A stretch of DNA of 56,857 nucleotides, from positions 1 to 56,857 of the forward strand of contig MGIW01000003.1 of the NCBI GenBank assembly GCA_001793945.1. Reading direction: 5' to 3'. The position numbers and the translations under genes were made by a program. Below the pieces are notes generated by a model. The model saw only the letters and a program-made list of their open reading frames with translations. It had not been told where the DNA came from and ran no database searches. Positions 22,529 to 31,516 of the stretch are shown piece by piece (position 1 is the stretch's first letter; every line of letters starts with the position of its first letter). This DNA is from Candidatus Wolfebacteria bacterium RIFOXYD12_FULL_48_21 (GTDB lineage Bacteria; Patescibacteriota; Minisyncoccia; UBA6257; UBA9933).

Positions 22529-23383
22529 ATGAACCTATCAATCATCATTTCCCGTTTTTCTAATTTCTTATTTTTCGTTCAAAAAAATGGGAATTTTTTG
22601 GCAGCCTATCCTTCTAATAATCCTCTTGATTTATCTTTTTACGAGAAAAATGAACGCGCAATATGGAGACAAATAGAACTATCCACCGACAAGCATACTG
22701 CAAAAAAAATTAAAGAAGCTATTACCCCATTAAAGGGTGAGTTTTTTTCTCACTGGAATGCAATATCCGGGCATCTACTTCTCTGGAAACGCTACTTTCA
22801 AAATAACCGGCACTTGCTTCAGCAAGCACTATCCGAAACAAGCGCGTTATGCGGAGTAAAACATTTCGCAATTTCCAACATTCCTATTTATCTCATTTCT
22901 GACCCAGCGAGCGATGACAACGAGATCAATGCGTGGTTTTCGTGGACCCCAAAACAGTCCTTTCTTGTCGTTGAAATTCCGCACAATCTCACCCCTCCTA
23001 ATCATTTATTCCCTGTAAGCGTATTAATTCATGAATTTTTCCATTTATTAATTCGAAGAAATAAAATTCTATTCTCGACAATCGCTACGCTTGCGCAAAA
23101 AGACAGCTCGCTTATTACAAAAATAGCAGGCGGTATACCAAATAGAATATTTTTAGAAGAATTATTAGTTAGCTCATTTATTCCCGAGGGCTATTTGAGT
23201 AAACAATATTTTGACACGAAAATCCCATCTATCAAGCCAAGACCAAAGACGTTATTACAGTGGAGAAAATTCATAGCGTCAAACATGTATCAAATGGCAC
23301 GAACATATATCAACAGCCACCTCGCCATCGATAAACGATATCTTAATACTATAATAAAAATTATTAAGCAAAGTGCAGTATAA
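22529..23383 (+). CDS. HExxH putative zinc metallopeptidase (paralog of 12538-13563)
   Basis: 284 aa. VLIHEFFHLLI. Shares blocks (SRFSNFLFF, EELLVSSFIPEGYL) with the other HExxH protein. Convergent with rSAM C. Confidence 0.5.
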   Translation: MNLSIIISRFSNFLFFVQKNGNFLAAYPSNNPLDLSFYEKNERAIWRQIELSTDKHTAKKIKEAITPLKGEFFSHWNAISGHLLLWKRYFQNNRHLLQQALSETSALCGVKHFAISNIPIYLISDPASDDNEINAWFSWTPKQSFLVVEIPHNLTPPNHLFPVSVLIHEFFHLLIRRNKILFSTIATLAQKDSSLITKIAGGIPNRIFLEELLVSSFIPEGYLSKQYFDTKIPSIKPRPKTLLQWRKFIASNMYQMARTYINSHLAIDKRYLNTIIKIIKQSAV

Positions 23384-23387
23384 AAAA

Positions 23388-23415
23388 CCCTTATCGACTC
23401 ACGAGCCGATAAGGG
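23388..23415. terminator. bidirectional terminator
   Basis: CCCTTATCG with a 10-nt loop and CGATAAGGG. T-runs on both strands. Serves the HExxH gene (+) and precursor C (-). Confidence 0.75.
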
Positions 23416-23441
23416 TTTTTGATTTTATTCGCAAAGATCCA

Positions 23442-23579
23442 TTATTTCCTATTTGCCCAGTGGCCCCTGTCCCATGGACTCCCCTTCCCCGACGCTCTTA
23501 TTACAGCTTTTTCCTTTGCCTGCAACAAAACCTTCGGGATAAGCCGCGGGTGCGCCTTCGTAGTAACAACTTGCTTCAT
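23442..23579 (-). CDS. 45-aa candidate RiPP precursor (C), not in the ORF track
   Basis: AAGGAGGTG then 6 nt then ATG. Product: MKQVVTTKAHPRLIPKVLLQAKEKAVIRASGKGSPWDRGHWANRK. Lies 39 nt after the rSAM C stop. Terminator follows. Confidence 0.6.
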   Translation of the reverse strand: MKQVVTTKAHPRLIPKVLLQAKEKAVIRASGKGSPWDRGHWANRK

Positions 23580-23618
23580 AGCCTTCACCTCCTTTTTTGC
23601 AAATATGCCTTGCTCGGA

Positions 23619-24722
23619 TTACATAAGACCGTACGATCTTATTTTTGTTGAAATATGTTCAAAATATCTTTTTCTATTTTTACAAGCGTCATCCAATGGC
23701 TCGATAGAATCAAGCCGCTCATACCCATCACTTGCGCATCCTCCTTTGCATATAAAATGCCAATTACAATTATGGCAATAGCTCCTCCTTTTCCTTATCG
23801 TTTCCTGAAATATCCGCAAATTCGAATTTGATCTAACGATAGCCGGTTCGTCCAGTATACTGCCAAAATATACCGCGTCTGTTTTGGAAAAAGAATCACA
23901 TCCATAAATCGATCCGTCTGAATAGATAGTGGCAAATCGACCACATTGCCCCGTGTAAATACATTCGCGTTTATTCCCACCAAGCATCAGATCAACAACG
24001 CTTTGAATATCGCGAATCTCGACTTCCTGATCATCCGCCTCCAGCCAAAGATCAAATATGGCAATCATAAAATCCGTGTATTGCGTAGGCGAAATTGCCA
24101 GCGACGACACATCCCCACAATCACCAGTATCTTTCACTCTGGCAAATTTCAACTTCTTCATGCCTTTCTCAAGAAAAAAGTTAAAAATTTCTCTTGGGAA
24201 TTCATGGTTTATAGCGCTGATGCCACAAATAACCCCATTGAATATCCCTTCGTTACGCAACAAATTGATTCCCTCCATAACATCATCGTATGATCCTTTT
24301 TTATCGGAATATCGCCGAACTTGATCATGAAATTCCTTTGGCCCGTCAAGACTCACTCCGACAAGAAAGTTATTTCCCGCGAATAATCTGATCCATTCCG
24401 TAGTAAGTAGTGTGGCATTGGTCTGGATAAAATTCTCTATTCTTTTCCCTTTCTGCCTCCATACATACTGCAATTCTACCGCTTTTTGATAAAAGCATAA
24501 TCCTGCAAGCAACGGCTCTCCTCCATGCCAAATAAATTCAACATCATCTTGATCGTGGCAGAAAAAATCTATTACAGCTTTTAATATCTCGGGCTGCATA
24601 CGATTTTTTACATTACAATCCCTCAGTCCAGAAACATAGCAGTATGAACAGGACAAATTACATAATGCATCAACCGGCTTTATAATCGGTACTGAAATCA
24701 ACTGATGGGACATGTTAACCAC
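23619..24722 (-). CDS. radical SAM/SPASM maturase, anSME-like (C)
   Basis: CNLSCSYC (CX3CX2C), FIWHGGEPLLAG, FIQTNATLL, VGVSLDGP. SPASM cysteines: CIYTGQC...GCDSF...CHNCNWHFICKGGC. Confidence 0.8.
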   Translation of the reverse strand: MVNMSHQLISVPIIKPVDALCNLSCSYCYVSGLRDCNVKNRMQPEILKAVIDFFCHDQDDVEFIWHGGEPLLAGLCFYQKAVELQYVWRQKGKRIENFIQTNATLLTTEWIRLFAGNNFLVGVSLDGPKEFHDQVRRYSDKKGSYDDVMEGINLLRNEGIFNGVICGISAINHEFPREIFNFFLEKGMKKLKFARVKDTGDCGDVSSLAISPTQYTDFMIAIFDLWLEADDQEVEIRDIQSVVDLMLGGNKRECIYTGQCGRFATIYSDGSIYGCDSFSKTDAVYFGSILDEPAIVRSNSNLRIFQETIRKRRSYCHNCNWHFICKGGCASDGYERLDSIEPLDDACKNRKRYFEHISTKIRSYGLM

Positions 24723-24772
24723 CTCTTTTTGTAAAGGTTCTTTCCGATACTTAATCGAAATTTCTGCCTGAA

Positions 24773-24802
24773 TTATAAACTGTACTTATTAATTTTTTCA
24801 AC
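24773..24802 (-). promoter_or_regulatory. sigma70-type promoter for rSAM C
   Basis: TTGAAA (24797-24802), 18 nt, TATAAT (24773-24778). AGAGGTGG RBS before the ATG at 24722. Confidence 0.5.
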
Positions 24803-24849
24803 CGGATTCGCTATAATATATTCCCTAATACAGTATAACATAGGAAAAA

Positions 24850-24868
24850 TACCGCTTGAAGCGGTATT
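24850..24868. terminator. hairpin terminator downstream of ychF
   Basis: ATACCGC-TTGAA-GCGGTAT flanked by A-runs and T-runs on both sides. Confidence 0.6.
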
Positions 24869-24877
24869 TTTGTATGA

Positions 24878-24984
24878 TGTCATCCCGAGTGCAACGCAGC
24901 GAAGCGGAGTGGCATCGAGAGATCTGCCGTACATCAGAGGCAGATTCCTCGGCTACGCGGATTACCGCTGCGCTCGGAATGACA
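24878..24984. repeat. GGAATGACA-type palindromic element (long form)
   Basis: TGTCATCCCGAGTGCAACGCAGCGAAGCGGAG...GAGATCTGCC...GGCAGATTCCTCGGCTACGCGG...CTCGGAATGACA. The termini are inverted repeats. Confidence 0.75.
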
Positions 24985-25020
24985 CTTTGACGCTTATTTT
25001 AAATAAGTATGCGCTTTACT

Positions 25021-26025
25021 TCAGGAGTGCAAAATTACCATGACATCCCCATCGACAACGACATACTCCTTTCCTTCGGTGCGGATCCAGCCTTTTTGCT
25101 TTGCCTCTTTCCATCCGCCTGCTTCAAGCAACTTTTCCGTAGCTATTACCTCGGCGCGAATGAACTTCTTTTCAAAATCGCTGTGTATCTCCCCTGCCGC
25201 TTCCGGCGCCTTTGCGCCTTTGCGAATGGTCCACGCACGGGTTTCTTCCTCCCCTGTCGTGAAGTAGCTGATCAATCCGAGTATTTCGTATGCTTTCGTT
25301 ATTAGGTCGTTCACATCCAATGTGTCGTGCAGGTCGTAAATGACATAATCGGCACCCGCCTCTTTGATCTTCGCCTTCAGCTCATCGCTTACATGTTCCG
25401 GCGCGCCGTTAAGCAAATAGATCATCTTCTTTGCCGTGAGCAGGGTCATTTCCTTAATCGCCGGCTCGGCGAGCATATCGTCCGAAAGTGTGTTCGCCAT
25501 CTTACCTTCGTCCAATACCACGCGGAGTTTTTTGACAAGCTCCGCATCTGCCGCCTTGTTCTTGTCTGCGCGCGCTTCGCTTTCCAACCTACCGATGCGC
25601 TTGTCTACCGTATCAAGATCTTTCAACACGAGTTCCGTATTGATGATATCCATGTCGCGAACCGGGTCCACTCCCTGCTCCACATGGATGATCTCGTCCG
25701 ACGGAAAACAACGCAATACTTCTACGATGGCATCCGTTTCACGAATGTGGGTCAAAAACTGGTTGCCCAGCCCTTCGCCTGCCGATGCACCTTTTACCAA
25801 ACCTGCAATGTCGTAAAATTCGACCACCGCAGGAATGATCCTTTTCGTGCCCGACATGGTCGCAAGTTTTTGCAAACGCTCATCCGGAACCGGCACTACG
25901 CCCACATTCGGGTCGATGGTCGCAAACGGATAGTTTGCGATCGTGATGTTCAGATCGGTCAATAATTTAAAGAGGGTCGATTTGCCAACATTCGGCATAC
26001 CCACAATGCCCATGGATAGTTTCAT
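25021..26025 (-). CDS. ychF: ribosome-binding ATPase YchF
   Basis: [20 protein letters not shown]-loop, [14 protein letters not shown]-terminal TGS-like [29 protein letters not shown]. Confidence 0.85.
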   Translation of the reverse strand: MKLSMGIVGMPNVGKSTLFKLLTDLNITIANYPFATIDPNVGVVPVPDERLQKLATMSGTKRIIPAVVEFYDIAGLVKGASAGEGLGNQFLTHIRETDAIVEVLRCFPSDEIIHVEQGVDPVRDMDIINTELVLKDLDTVDKRIGRLESEARADKNKAADAELVKKLRVVLDEGKMANTLSDDMLAEPAIKEMTLLTAKKMIYLLNGAPEHVSDELKAKIKEAGADYVIYDLHDTLDVNDLITKAYEILGLISYFTTGEEETRAWTIRKGAKAPEAAGEIHSDFEKKFIRAEVIATEKLLEAGGWKEAKQKGWIRTEGKEYVVVDGDVMVILHS

Positions 26026-26095
26026 AATCCCTACTGTAGCAGATTTTGTTCAAAAGAAAAGGGGGTCGCCATGCGGCGAACCCCTTTTTTACTGA

Positions 26096-26656
26096 TCACG
26101 GGATATGCTCAATGATCTCATCGAGAAATCCCCGTTCGAGCGCTTCGGTTGCGCTCATATTCATTTCCAGTTTGGAGAACTTGGCCGCTTCCTTGAGTGA
26201 CCGGCCCGACCGCTTCGCGATGATGAGATGCGCGGCATGTTGCCGCGCACGCGCTGCCGCAAGCTTCTTATCGATTTCGCTGTGCGAATCCGTCACGCAA
26301 ATCACACCCTCATTGACGATCAGATCGTGAAACAATACCTCCGCGCTCGAAAACGCCGAACGCACATGGCATGCCTGCAAAATGATCGCCGCCGACGAAT
26401 AGGCGCGGCGGTACACGACCCCCCGGATGGGAGTCTTTGAGTATTTGACCATGTCGTATATCTGCAGTGCCGCGATGTTTGAACCGCCGCCACTGTCGAT
26501 GAACAGCGTGATCTCCTCGAACTTCTTCGCAGCGTTCAGCCACACCACAGCTCGGCCGAATTGCTCGGCCATTTTTGCCGTGATCTCTCCGGAGAGATAC
26601 AATATCCCCCGGTCAAACAAATCCTTCAAAAAATCCTCTTCACATAAGCGAGCCAT
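26096..26656 (-). CDS. clpP: ClpP-family serine peptidase
   Basis: 186 aa. ILYLSGEI, LFIDSGGGSNIAALQIYDM, and a Ser region YSSAAIILQA parallel to ClpP LYINSPGG/G.AASM. Divergent, so the assignment is moderate. Confidence 0.55.
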   Translation of the reverse strand: MARLCEEDFLKDLFDRGILYLSGEITAKMAEQFGRAVVWLNAAKKFEEITLFIDSGGGSNIAALQIYDMVKYSKTPIRGVVYRRAYSSAAIILQACHVRSAFSSAEVLFHDLIVNEGVICVTDSHSEIDKKLAAARARQHAAHLIIAKRSGRSLKEAAKFSKLEMNMSATEALERGFLDEIIEHIP

Positions 26657-26786
26657 GTGTTGTCCTCCTTTGTCCGATATTCTTTTATCAAAGGGCCGTT
26701 GTATCTATGCCCGTTTTACTGTATAATACTATAATATAAAACTAATCTAATGTCAATGTCGTGACATTTACTCATTTTTACCCACT

Positions 26787-27029
26787 ATGTTTGAAGGATT
26801 CTTTTCAAAAGAGCGCGCAAAGCAGGAGTCAGAAAAAATGCAGGAAAAGGTAGTAACCGGACAGGCAAAGGACTACCATGAGGCCGAAGAGCAGGTAGAA
26901 CAGGACATGAAGGACCGTGAAGCGGCTGCGCAGAAAGAGAAAACCTATGCCGTCGACGAAAAAGGCGTAGTACTTACCGAAGAAGAGCGCAAGCAGCGCA
27001 TGGAGCAAGGACCGGAGCACAATCAATGA
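26787..27029 (+). CDS. 80-aa charged hypothetical protein
   Basis: Clean ORF followed directly by a strong bidirectional terminator. No recognisable motif. Confidence 0.45.
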   Translation: MFEGFFSKERAKQESEKMQEKVVTGQAKDYHEAEEQVEQDMKDREAAAQKEKTYAVDEKGVVLTEEERKQRMEQGPEHNQ

Positions 27030-27035
27030 CCCACA

Positions 27036-27063
27036 AAAAAGACCCCGATCGGGGTCTTTTTTT
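27036..27063. terminator. bidirectional terminator
   Basis: AAAAAAGACCCCGATCGGGGTCTTTTTTT. Confidence 0.8.
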
Positions 27064-27075
27064 GTGGGAACAGAA

Positions 27076-27534
27076 TTACAATCCCAGTTTATTTTTGATT
27101 AGGTCGCTGACCGTTTTTGAATCTGCGCGGCCCTTGATCTGCGGATTGATCTCGGCCATGACTTTGCCCATGTCCTTGATTTCCTTTGCCTCCGTTTTTG
27201 CGATCGCCGCAGTTACTACCTTGTCGAGTTCTTCCGCCGAAATCGCTTCGGGCAAAAACTCCTTTATGATGGCCACTTCCGCGATTTCAACATCTGCCAG
27301 TTCCTGCCTGCCTGCCTGCGTGTATACATCGGCGGATTCATTGCGGCGCTTTACCTCTTTCATCAATACATCGATCACATCGTCGTCGGTCAATTCCACT
27401 TCGATCCCCTTTCCGCGGTTTTCCACTTCACGGTTCTTGATTGCGTTCATCGCCAAGCGCAAAATGTTCGTACGATCGGATGTTCCGGCTTTCATGGATT
27501 CCTTTATTTTTTCCGTCAATTGTTCTTTGATCAT
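27076..27534 (-). CDS. yqeY: GatB/YqeY domain protein
   Basis: 152 aa. LTEKIKESMKAG, LRLAMNAIKN, VLMKEVKRRNESADVY...IIKEFLP pattern typical of YqeY. Confidence 0.8.
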   Translation of the reverse strand: MIKEQLTEKIKESMKAGTSDRTNILRLAMNAIKNREVENRGKGIEVELTDDDVIDVLMKEVKRRNESADVYTQAGRQELADVEIAEVAIIKEFLPEAISAEELDKVVTAAIAKTEAKEIKDMGKVMAEINPQIKGRADSKTVSDLIKNKLGL

Positions 27535-27572
27535 ATTTGGATAATTTTTAATTTATAATTTTTAATTTGAAA

Positions 27573-27730
27573 TGGATTCCTCCGTCCATGGCGGACGGGA
27601 ATGACAACCTGAGATTTATTACCGTTATATTATCAATAAAATCGCTGTTTGTCATTCCGAGCGGAGTGGCACTCTGTGGAATCAATCCGTCAGCTGACAG
27701 ATGCAGATCCCTCGGCAAGCTCGGGATGAC
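27573..27730. repeat. GGAATGACA-type palindromic units (short plus long form)
   Basis: TGGATTCCTCCGTCC-ATGG-CGGACGGGAATGACA, then TGTCATTCCGAGCGGAGTGG...CTCGGGATGACA. Confidence 0.75.
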
Positions 27731-27765
27731 AAATACACTAAAAATAGCACCGAAGTGCTATTTTT

Positions 27766-27975
27766 TTAGAATGTGCCCAACTTCTTTGCTGTCTCTATCT
27801 CCGTGCGCTTTTCTTCGCGGTAGATCGCCGCAACTCTTCGCTTGTTCTTGTTGACGGCGCGGGGGCGGGTGCGTCGCTTTTTTGCTTCCTTCAAGACACC
27901 GCTGTGCTGCATCTTTTTGGAAAAGCGGTACAGGAACGCGCTTACCGATTCACCTTCTCGACGTTTTAATTCCAT
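27766..27975 (-). CDS. rpsU: 30S ribosomal protein S21
   Basis: 69 aa, basic. ESVSAFLYRFSKKMQHSGVLKEAKKRR parallels S21 (ALRRFKR...G.L.E.R.R). Confidence 0.65.
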   Translation of the reverse strand: MELKRREGESVSAFLYRFSKKMQHSGVLKEAKKRRTRPRAVNKNKRRVAAIYREEKRTEIETAKKLGTF

Positions 27976-28001
27976 GCTTCTTAAAATAAGGATTAATTAA
28001 T

Positions 28002-28047
28002 ACTATTGAACTGGATTCCGGCCTCCGCCGGAATGACAGAGGAAAGC
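28002..28047. repeat. GGAATGACA-type short unit
   Basis: CTGGATTCCGGC-CTCC-GCCGGAATGACA. Confidence 0.7.
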
Positions 28048-28057
28048 GGAATGGCAT

Positions 28058-28480
28058 TCAGGAACTCACATTGCCTGCGGCAATAATGCGATCCTTGATG
28101 TCTTTCAGCGATTCCTTCGGAGGATTTCCGACAACGCTATGGAGCGATCCACCACCGTCATTATGCCACCGGGGCATAATATGAATATGCAGGTGGTCTA
28201 TCGCTTGCCCAGCCACTTTACCATGGTTGATACCGATTGTAAAGCCATTGGGACCCAGCGCCTTCTGCAAAATGGCCGTCATTTTCCTGACCGCCATAAA
28301 TAGCGGTTCCACCTCCCCTTCCGGCAAATCGAGGATGGTTTCGGCATGCACCTTGGGGATAACCATGGTGTGCCCCGGGGTGCGCGGGAATGGATCAAGT
28401 ATTCCGACCGCATGATCATCTTCGTAGACGATATAAGCTTCGCGTTGCTTATTTGTTATTTGGCAGAAGAGACAATCCAT
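28058..28480 (-). CDS. HIT-family (histidine triad) protein
   Basis: 140 aa. CLFCQI, PRTPGHTMVIPK and the HLHIHIMPR triad. Confidence 0.9.
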   Translation of the reverse strand: MDCLFCQITNKQREAYIVYEDDHAVGILDPFPRTPGHTMVIPKVHAETILDLPEGEVEPLFMAVRKMTAILQKALGPNGFTIGINHGKVAGQAIDHLHIHIMPRWHNDGGGSLHSVVGNPPKESLKDIKDRIIAAGNVSS

Positions 28481-28585
28481 AATGAGTGTTCGCGAATAAT
28501 GCGAATTAAAGGCGAATAATGCAAATCAATCGCTCTATTTGAATTTACATTAGCATTATTTGCCCTATATTAGCATTATTAGCGA
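28481..28585. repeat. word-hairpin spacer (AATAATGC words)
   Basis: 5' arm is GCGAATAATGCGAAT...GCGAATAATGCAAAT. 3' arm is ATTAGCATTATTTGCC...ATTAGCATTATTAGCG. The arms are built from reverse-complement words. Confidence 0.55.
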
Positions 28586-29890
28586 TTACTTTAACCGTTT
28601 CTTCACTTCTTCCACTGCCCGCTCCAGCGGCACGCTTTCCTGTGTGCCCGTTTGCATGTTGCGGATGATGATACTCCCCTCAAACACTTCCCGCTGACCA
28701 AGGATCATAGCCAAATGAGCGCGGTCCTTGTCTGCGACGCGCAATTGGGATTTCAGCGAATCCTTACCGAACGATTCATTGATGCGTATGCCCGCCTTGC
28801 GGAACTCTTCGATCAATGCCAGGCCACGCTTTTTTGCCTCATCCCCCATGTGCACCAAAAATACCTTTGCGCTTGCCTTTGCCGCGATTCCCTTACCGCT
28901 TGCCTTGAGCACCTCCACCACCCTATCCATGCCAATGGTACTGCCTACCGCAGACAACTTTCCAAGCTTAAGCGTTTCGGACAAATAATCATACCGTCCA
29001 CCGGCGGCTATGGCATAAGTGAACCCTTCCGTAAACAGTTCGAAAACCGTGCGGTTATAGTAATCGAGTCCGCGCACCAAATGCGAATCGATATGGTATG
29101 GGATTTTTACCTCGTCCAAATATTCGAGCACCTTCGTAAAATGCGCCTTGCACTCCGTGTCGAGAAAATCCAGGATGATCGGCGCATCCGCCTTTACCAA
29201 TTGGCACTTTTCCTCTTTGCAATCAAGCACGCGAAGCGGATTACGCGTTATGCGCACTTTGCAATCTTTGCATGTTTTTTGCGCGTTCTTTTTGTAATAC
29301 GCTTCGAGCTTTTTAATATATGCGGTGCGGCACTTGTGGCAACCGATGCTATTTATATGCACGGCCACATTTTTGATCTTCAGTTCCTCGAGTATCCGAT
29401 ACACGCCCAAAATCGCCTGTGCGTCGTAGATCGGGTCGCTTTCTGCGCCCACTATTTCAAACCCTGCTTGATAAAACTGGCGGAACCGGCCCGCTTGCGG
29501 TTGCTCGTGTCGGAACACCGGTCCTTCATAATATAGCTTTACCGGCTGACCGTACTGACCCAGTCCATGCTGGAAATACGCACGCATGACCGCAGCCGTA
29601 AACTCGGGCCGCATGACCATTTTGTCGCCCTTGGTCTTTACGACGAACATTTCCTTTTCTACGATGTCCGTCCCCGCTCCCAAACCGCGCTCGAACAGAT
29701 CGGCGCTTTCAAGAATAGGAGTATCGATGCGTAAAAAATTATAAAAGTCGCCCACATGCCGCGCGGCCGATCGAACCCTATCCCATACCGGTTGGTCGTC
29801 CGGCAGGATGTCATGCATTCCCTTTACGGACTGATAGGCCATTTTTTTCGCCTTCACTTTCTTTTTTGGAGCGGCTTCTTTTGCTGCCAT
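28586..29890 (-). CDS. hisS: histidine--tRNA ligase
   Basis: 434 aa. GMHDILP, MRPEFT, YYEGPVFRHEQPQAGRFRQFYQ, GGRYD. Confidence 0.9.
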   Translation of the reverse strand: MAAKEAAPKKKVKAKKMAYQSVKGMHDILPDDQPVWDRVRSAARHVGDFYNFLRIDTPILESADLFERGLGAGTDIVEKEMFVVKTKGDKMVMRPEFTAAVMRAYFQHGLGQYGQPVKLYYEGPVFRHEQPQAGRFRQFYQAGFEIVGAESDPIYDAQAILGVYRILEELKIKNVAVHINSIGCHKCRTAYIKKLEAYYKKNAQKTCKDCKVRITRNPLRVLDCKEEKCQLVKADAPIILDFLDTECKAHFTKVLEYLDEVKIPYHIDSHLVRGLDYYNRTVFELFTEGFTYAIAAGGRYDYLSETLKLGKLSAVGSTIGMDRVVEVLKASGKGIAAKASAKVFLVHMGDEAKKRGLALIEEFRKAGIRINESFGKDSLKSQLRVADKDRAHLAMILGQREVFEGSIIIRNMQTGTQESVPLERAVEEVKKRLK

Positions 29891-29995
29891 AAATTCGAAA
29901 TATGAAAAATGAAATATGAAAAATGAGGAAATACAGTCTTCAGATTCTTGCCGTGCGACTTCTTTTTTCGTTTTTCGTTTTTCTTTACTCGTGTA
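29891..29995. repeat. word-hairpin spacer (GAAAAATGA / TTTTTCG words)
   Basis: 5' arm is ATATGAAAAATGAAATATGAAAAATGA. 3' arm is TTTTTTCGTTTTTCGTTTTTC. Complementary if U-G pairs are allowed on the plus-strand RNA. Confidence 0.5.
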
Positions 29996-30544
29996 TTAGT
30001 ACGAAGGCTTTTCGAACGCCATGACCTTGTTGAGCGGCCATAGCCTAACCCATACTGATCCGATCATTTCGGACCGTTCAAGCGCACCCCATTGCCGCGA
30101 ATCAAAACTTGCATCGCGATTATCGCCCATGACGAAATATTCCTCGCTGCCCAATACCATATCCTTTTCGCCCATGGTCTGCAGATCTTTTGGAAGATAT
30201 TCTTCGTTGATCAGCGTTCCTGCGCTGCCGTCGTTTTCATATACATACAATTCACCCCCGGTAACCACAACGCGTTCTCCCGGCAAGCCGACGATGCGCT
30301 TAACAAAAAAGGTTCGCTCGTCTCCCGGATAGCGGAACACGATGACCTCCCCTCGCTCAGGCTCGCGGAACCGGTACGAAAGTTCGTTGATCAAAATATA
30401 ATCCCCGCCGTGAAAGTTGGGTTCCATGCTTGCCCCGCTTACCAAAAACGGTTGCACCAAAAAACTGCGGACGCCAAAGACGACCAGCACCGCAACCAAC
30501 ACTATCTCTATGATCTCGCGAAGCGCGTACAGGAATGATTTCAT
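29996..30544 (-). CDS. lepB: signal peptidase I
   Basis: 182 aa. N-terminal TM helix, SGASMEPNF (catalytic Ser box), GDNRDASFDSR box. Confidence 0.9.
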   Translation of the reverse strand: MKSFLYALREIIEIVLVAVLVVFGVRSFLVQPFLVSGASMEPNFHGGDYILINELSYRFREPERGEVIVFRYPGDERTFFVKRIVGLPGERVVVTGGELYVYENDGSAGTLINEEYLPKDLQTMGEKDMVLGSEEYFVMGDNRDASFDSRQWGALERSEMIGSVWVRLWPLNKVMAFEKPSY

Positions 30545-30649
30545 CTCGTTTGCTAATTTGTTAACTTCATTTTAGTATAAATGTAGGCAATGTCAAACAA
30601 GTTAACTTTTAACTGATGACTAATAACTAATAACGAGCTGAATAGTTTT

Positions 30650-30731
30650 TGTCATTCCTACGGCCTGCCTGCCAGTGGGCAGGAAAGCAGGAAGCTGTCC
30701 AGCATAGATTCCGGATCAAGTCCAGAATGAC
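30650..30731. repeat. GGAATGACA-type units
   Basis: TGTCATTCC...CCTGCCTGCCAGTGGGCAGG...GATTCCGGATCAAGTCCAGAATGACA. Confidence 0.7.
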
Positions 30732-30757
30732 ATCCTTACGCTCCGATCCGTTAGACC

Positions 30758-31267
30758 ATGAAAAAATCCCCAACACTCTCCGCCATCGATATCATCATCG
30801 CCCTTGGCAACCCGGGCTCCGAATACGCGCATACCTACCACAATGCAGGGGCTCTTTTCGTGCGCTTTCTTCGGGACTCGGCCCTTGCCACCCCGCCCGC
30901 CGTCGAGTCCTTGGGGGTTTTCATGAATGTTTCCGGCCCTGCCGTAAAAAAAATCCTTAAAAAGGACGGGGTTAAGCCGGAACGCATGCTTTTAGTGCAC
31001 GATGATGTCGACATTCCCGTGGGCGAATACAAACTTTCGTTCGGCAGCGGAGCGGCCGGACACCATGGCGTAGAATCGACCATAGAAACACTCGGCACAA
31101 AAGACTTTTGGCGTTTACGCATCGGCATTGCAAAGACCATCGAAACGCACGAGGGAACCTTTATTAAATTGAAGGCCGATACATATGTACTGAAACATAT
31201 CTCACAGGCAGACAACACGCTTCTGCAAACCGCATTTGAAAAAGCGGCCGAACAATTAAATGCGTAA
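30758..31267 (+). CDS. pth: peptidyl-tRNA hydrolase
   Basis: 169 aa. IIALGNPGSEYAHTYHNAGALFV and VHDDVDIPVGEYKL motifs. Confidence 0.85.
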   Translation: MKKSPTLSAIDIIIALGNPGSEYAHTYHNAGALFVRFLRDSALATPPAVESLGVFMNVSGPAVKKILKKDGVKPERMLLVHDDVDIPVGEYKLSFGSGAAGHHGVESTIETLGTKDFWRLRIGIAKTIETHEGTFIKLKADTYVLKHISQADNTLLQTAFEKAAEQLNA

Positions 31268-31293
31268 CGACTTACGATGTCGTTATGCACACG

Positions 31294-31515
31294 GTCATCC
31301 CCACGAAGGCGGAAATCTACGGCATACTGGATTCCCGCCTTCGCGGGAATGACAATGCGTGGGGGGGGAGAAGGGTATAAAGTATAAGGTATAGGGTATA
31401 CGGTATGGGAGGGTAATTTCTAATTACTAATTTTTAATTTCTACTGGATTCCCGCCTCCGCAGGAATGACAGATAGGGGGCTGGGATGACAGCATGCGGG
31501 CCGGGATGACGGTAC
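31294..31515. repeat. repeat mosaic (palindromic units, GGTAT words, AATTTCTAATTACTAATTTTTAATTTCT block)
   Basis: CTGGATTCCCGC-CTTC-GCGGGAATGACA and CTGGATTCCCGCCTCCGCAGGAATGACA. The AT-rich block recurs at 39246-39280. Confidence 0.75.
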
Positions 31516-31516
31516 A

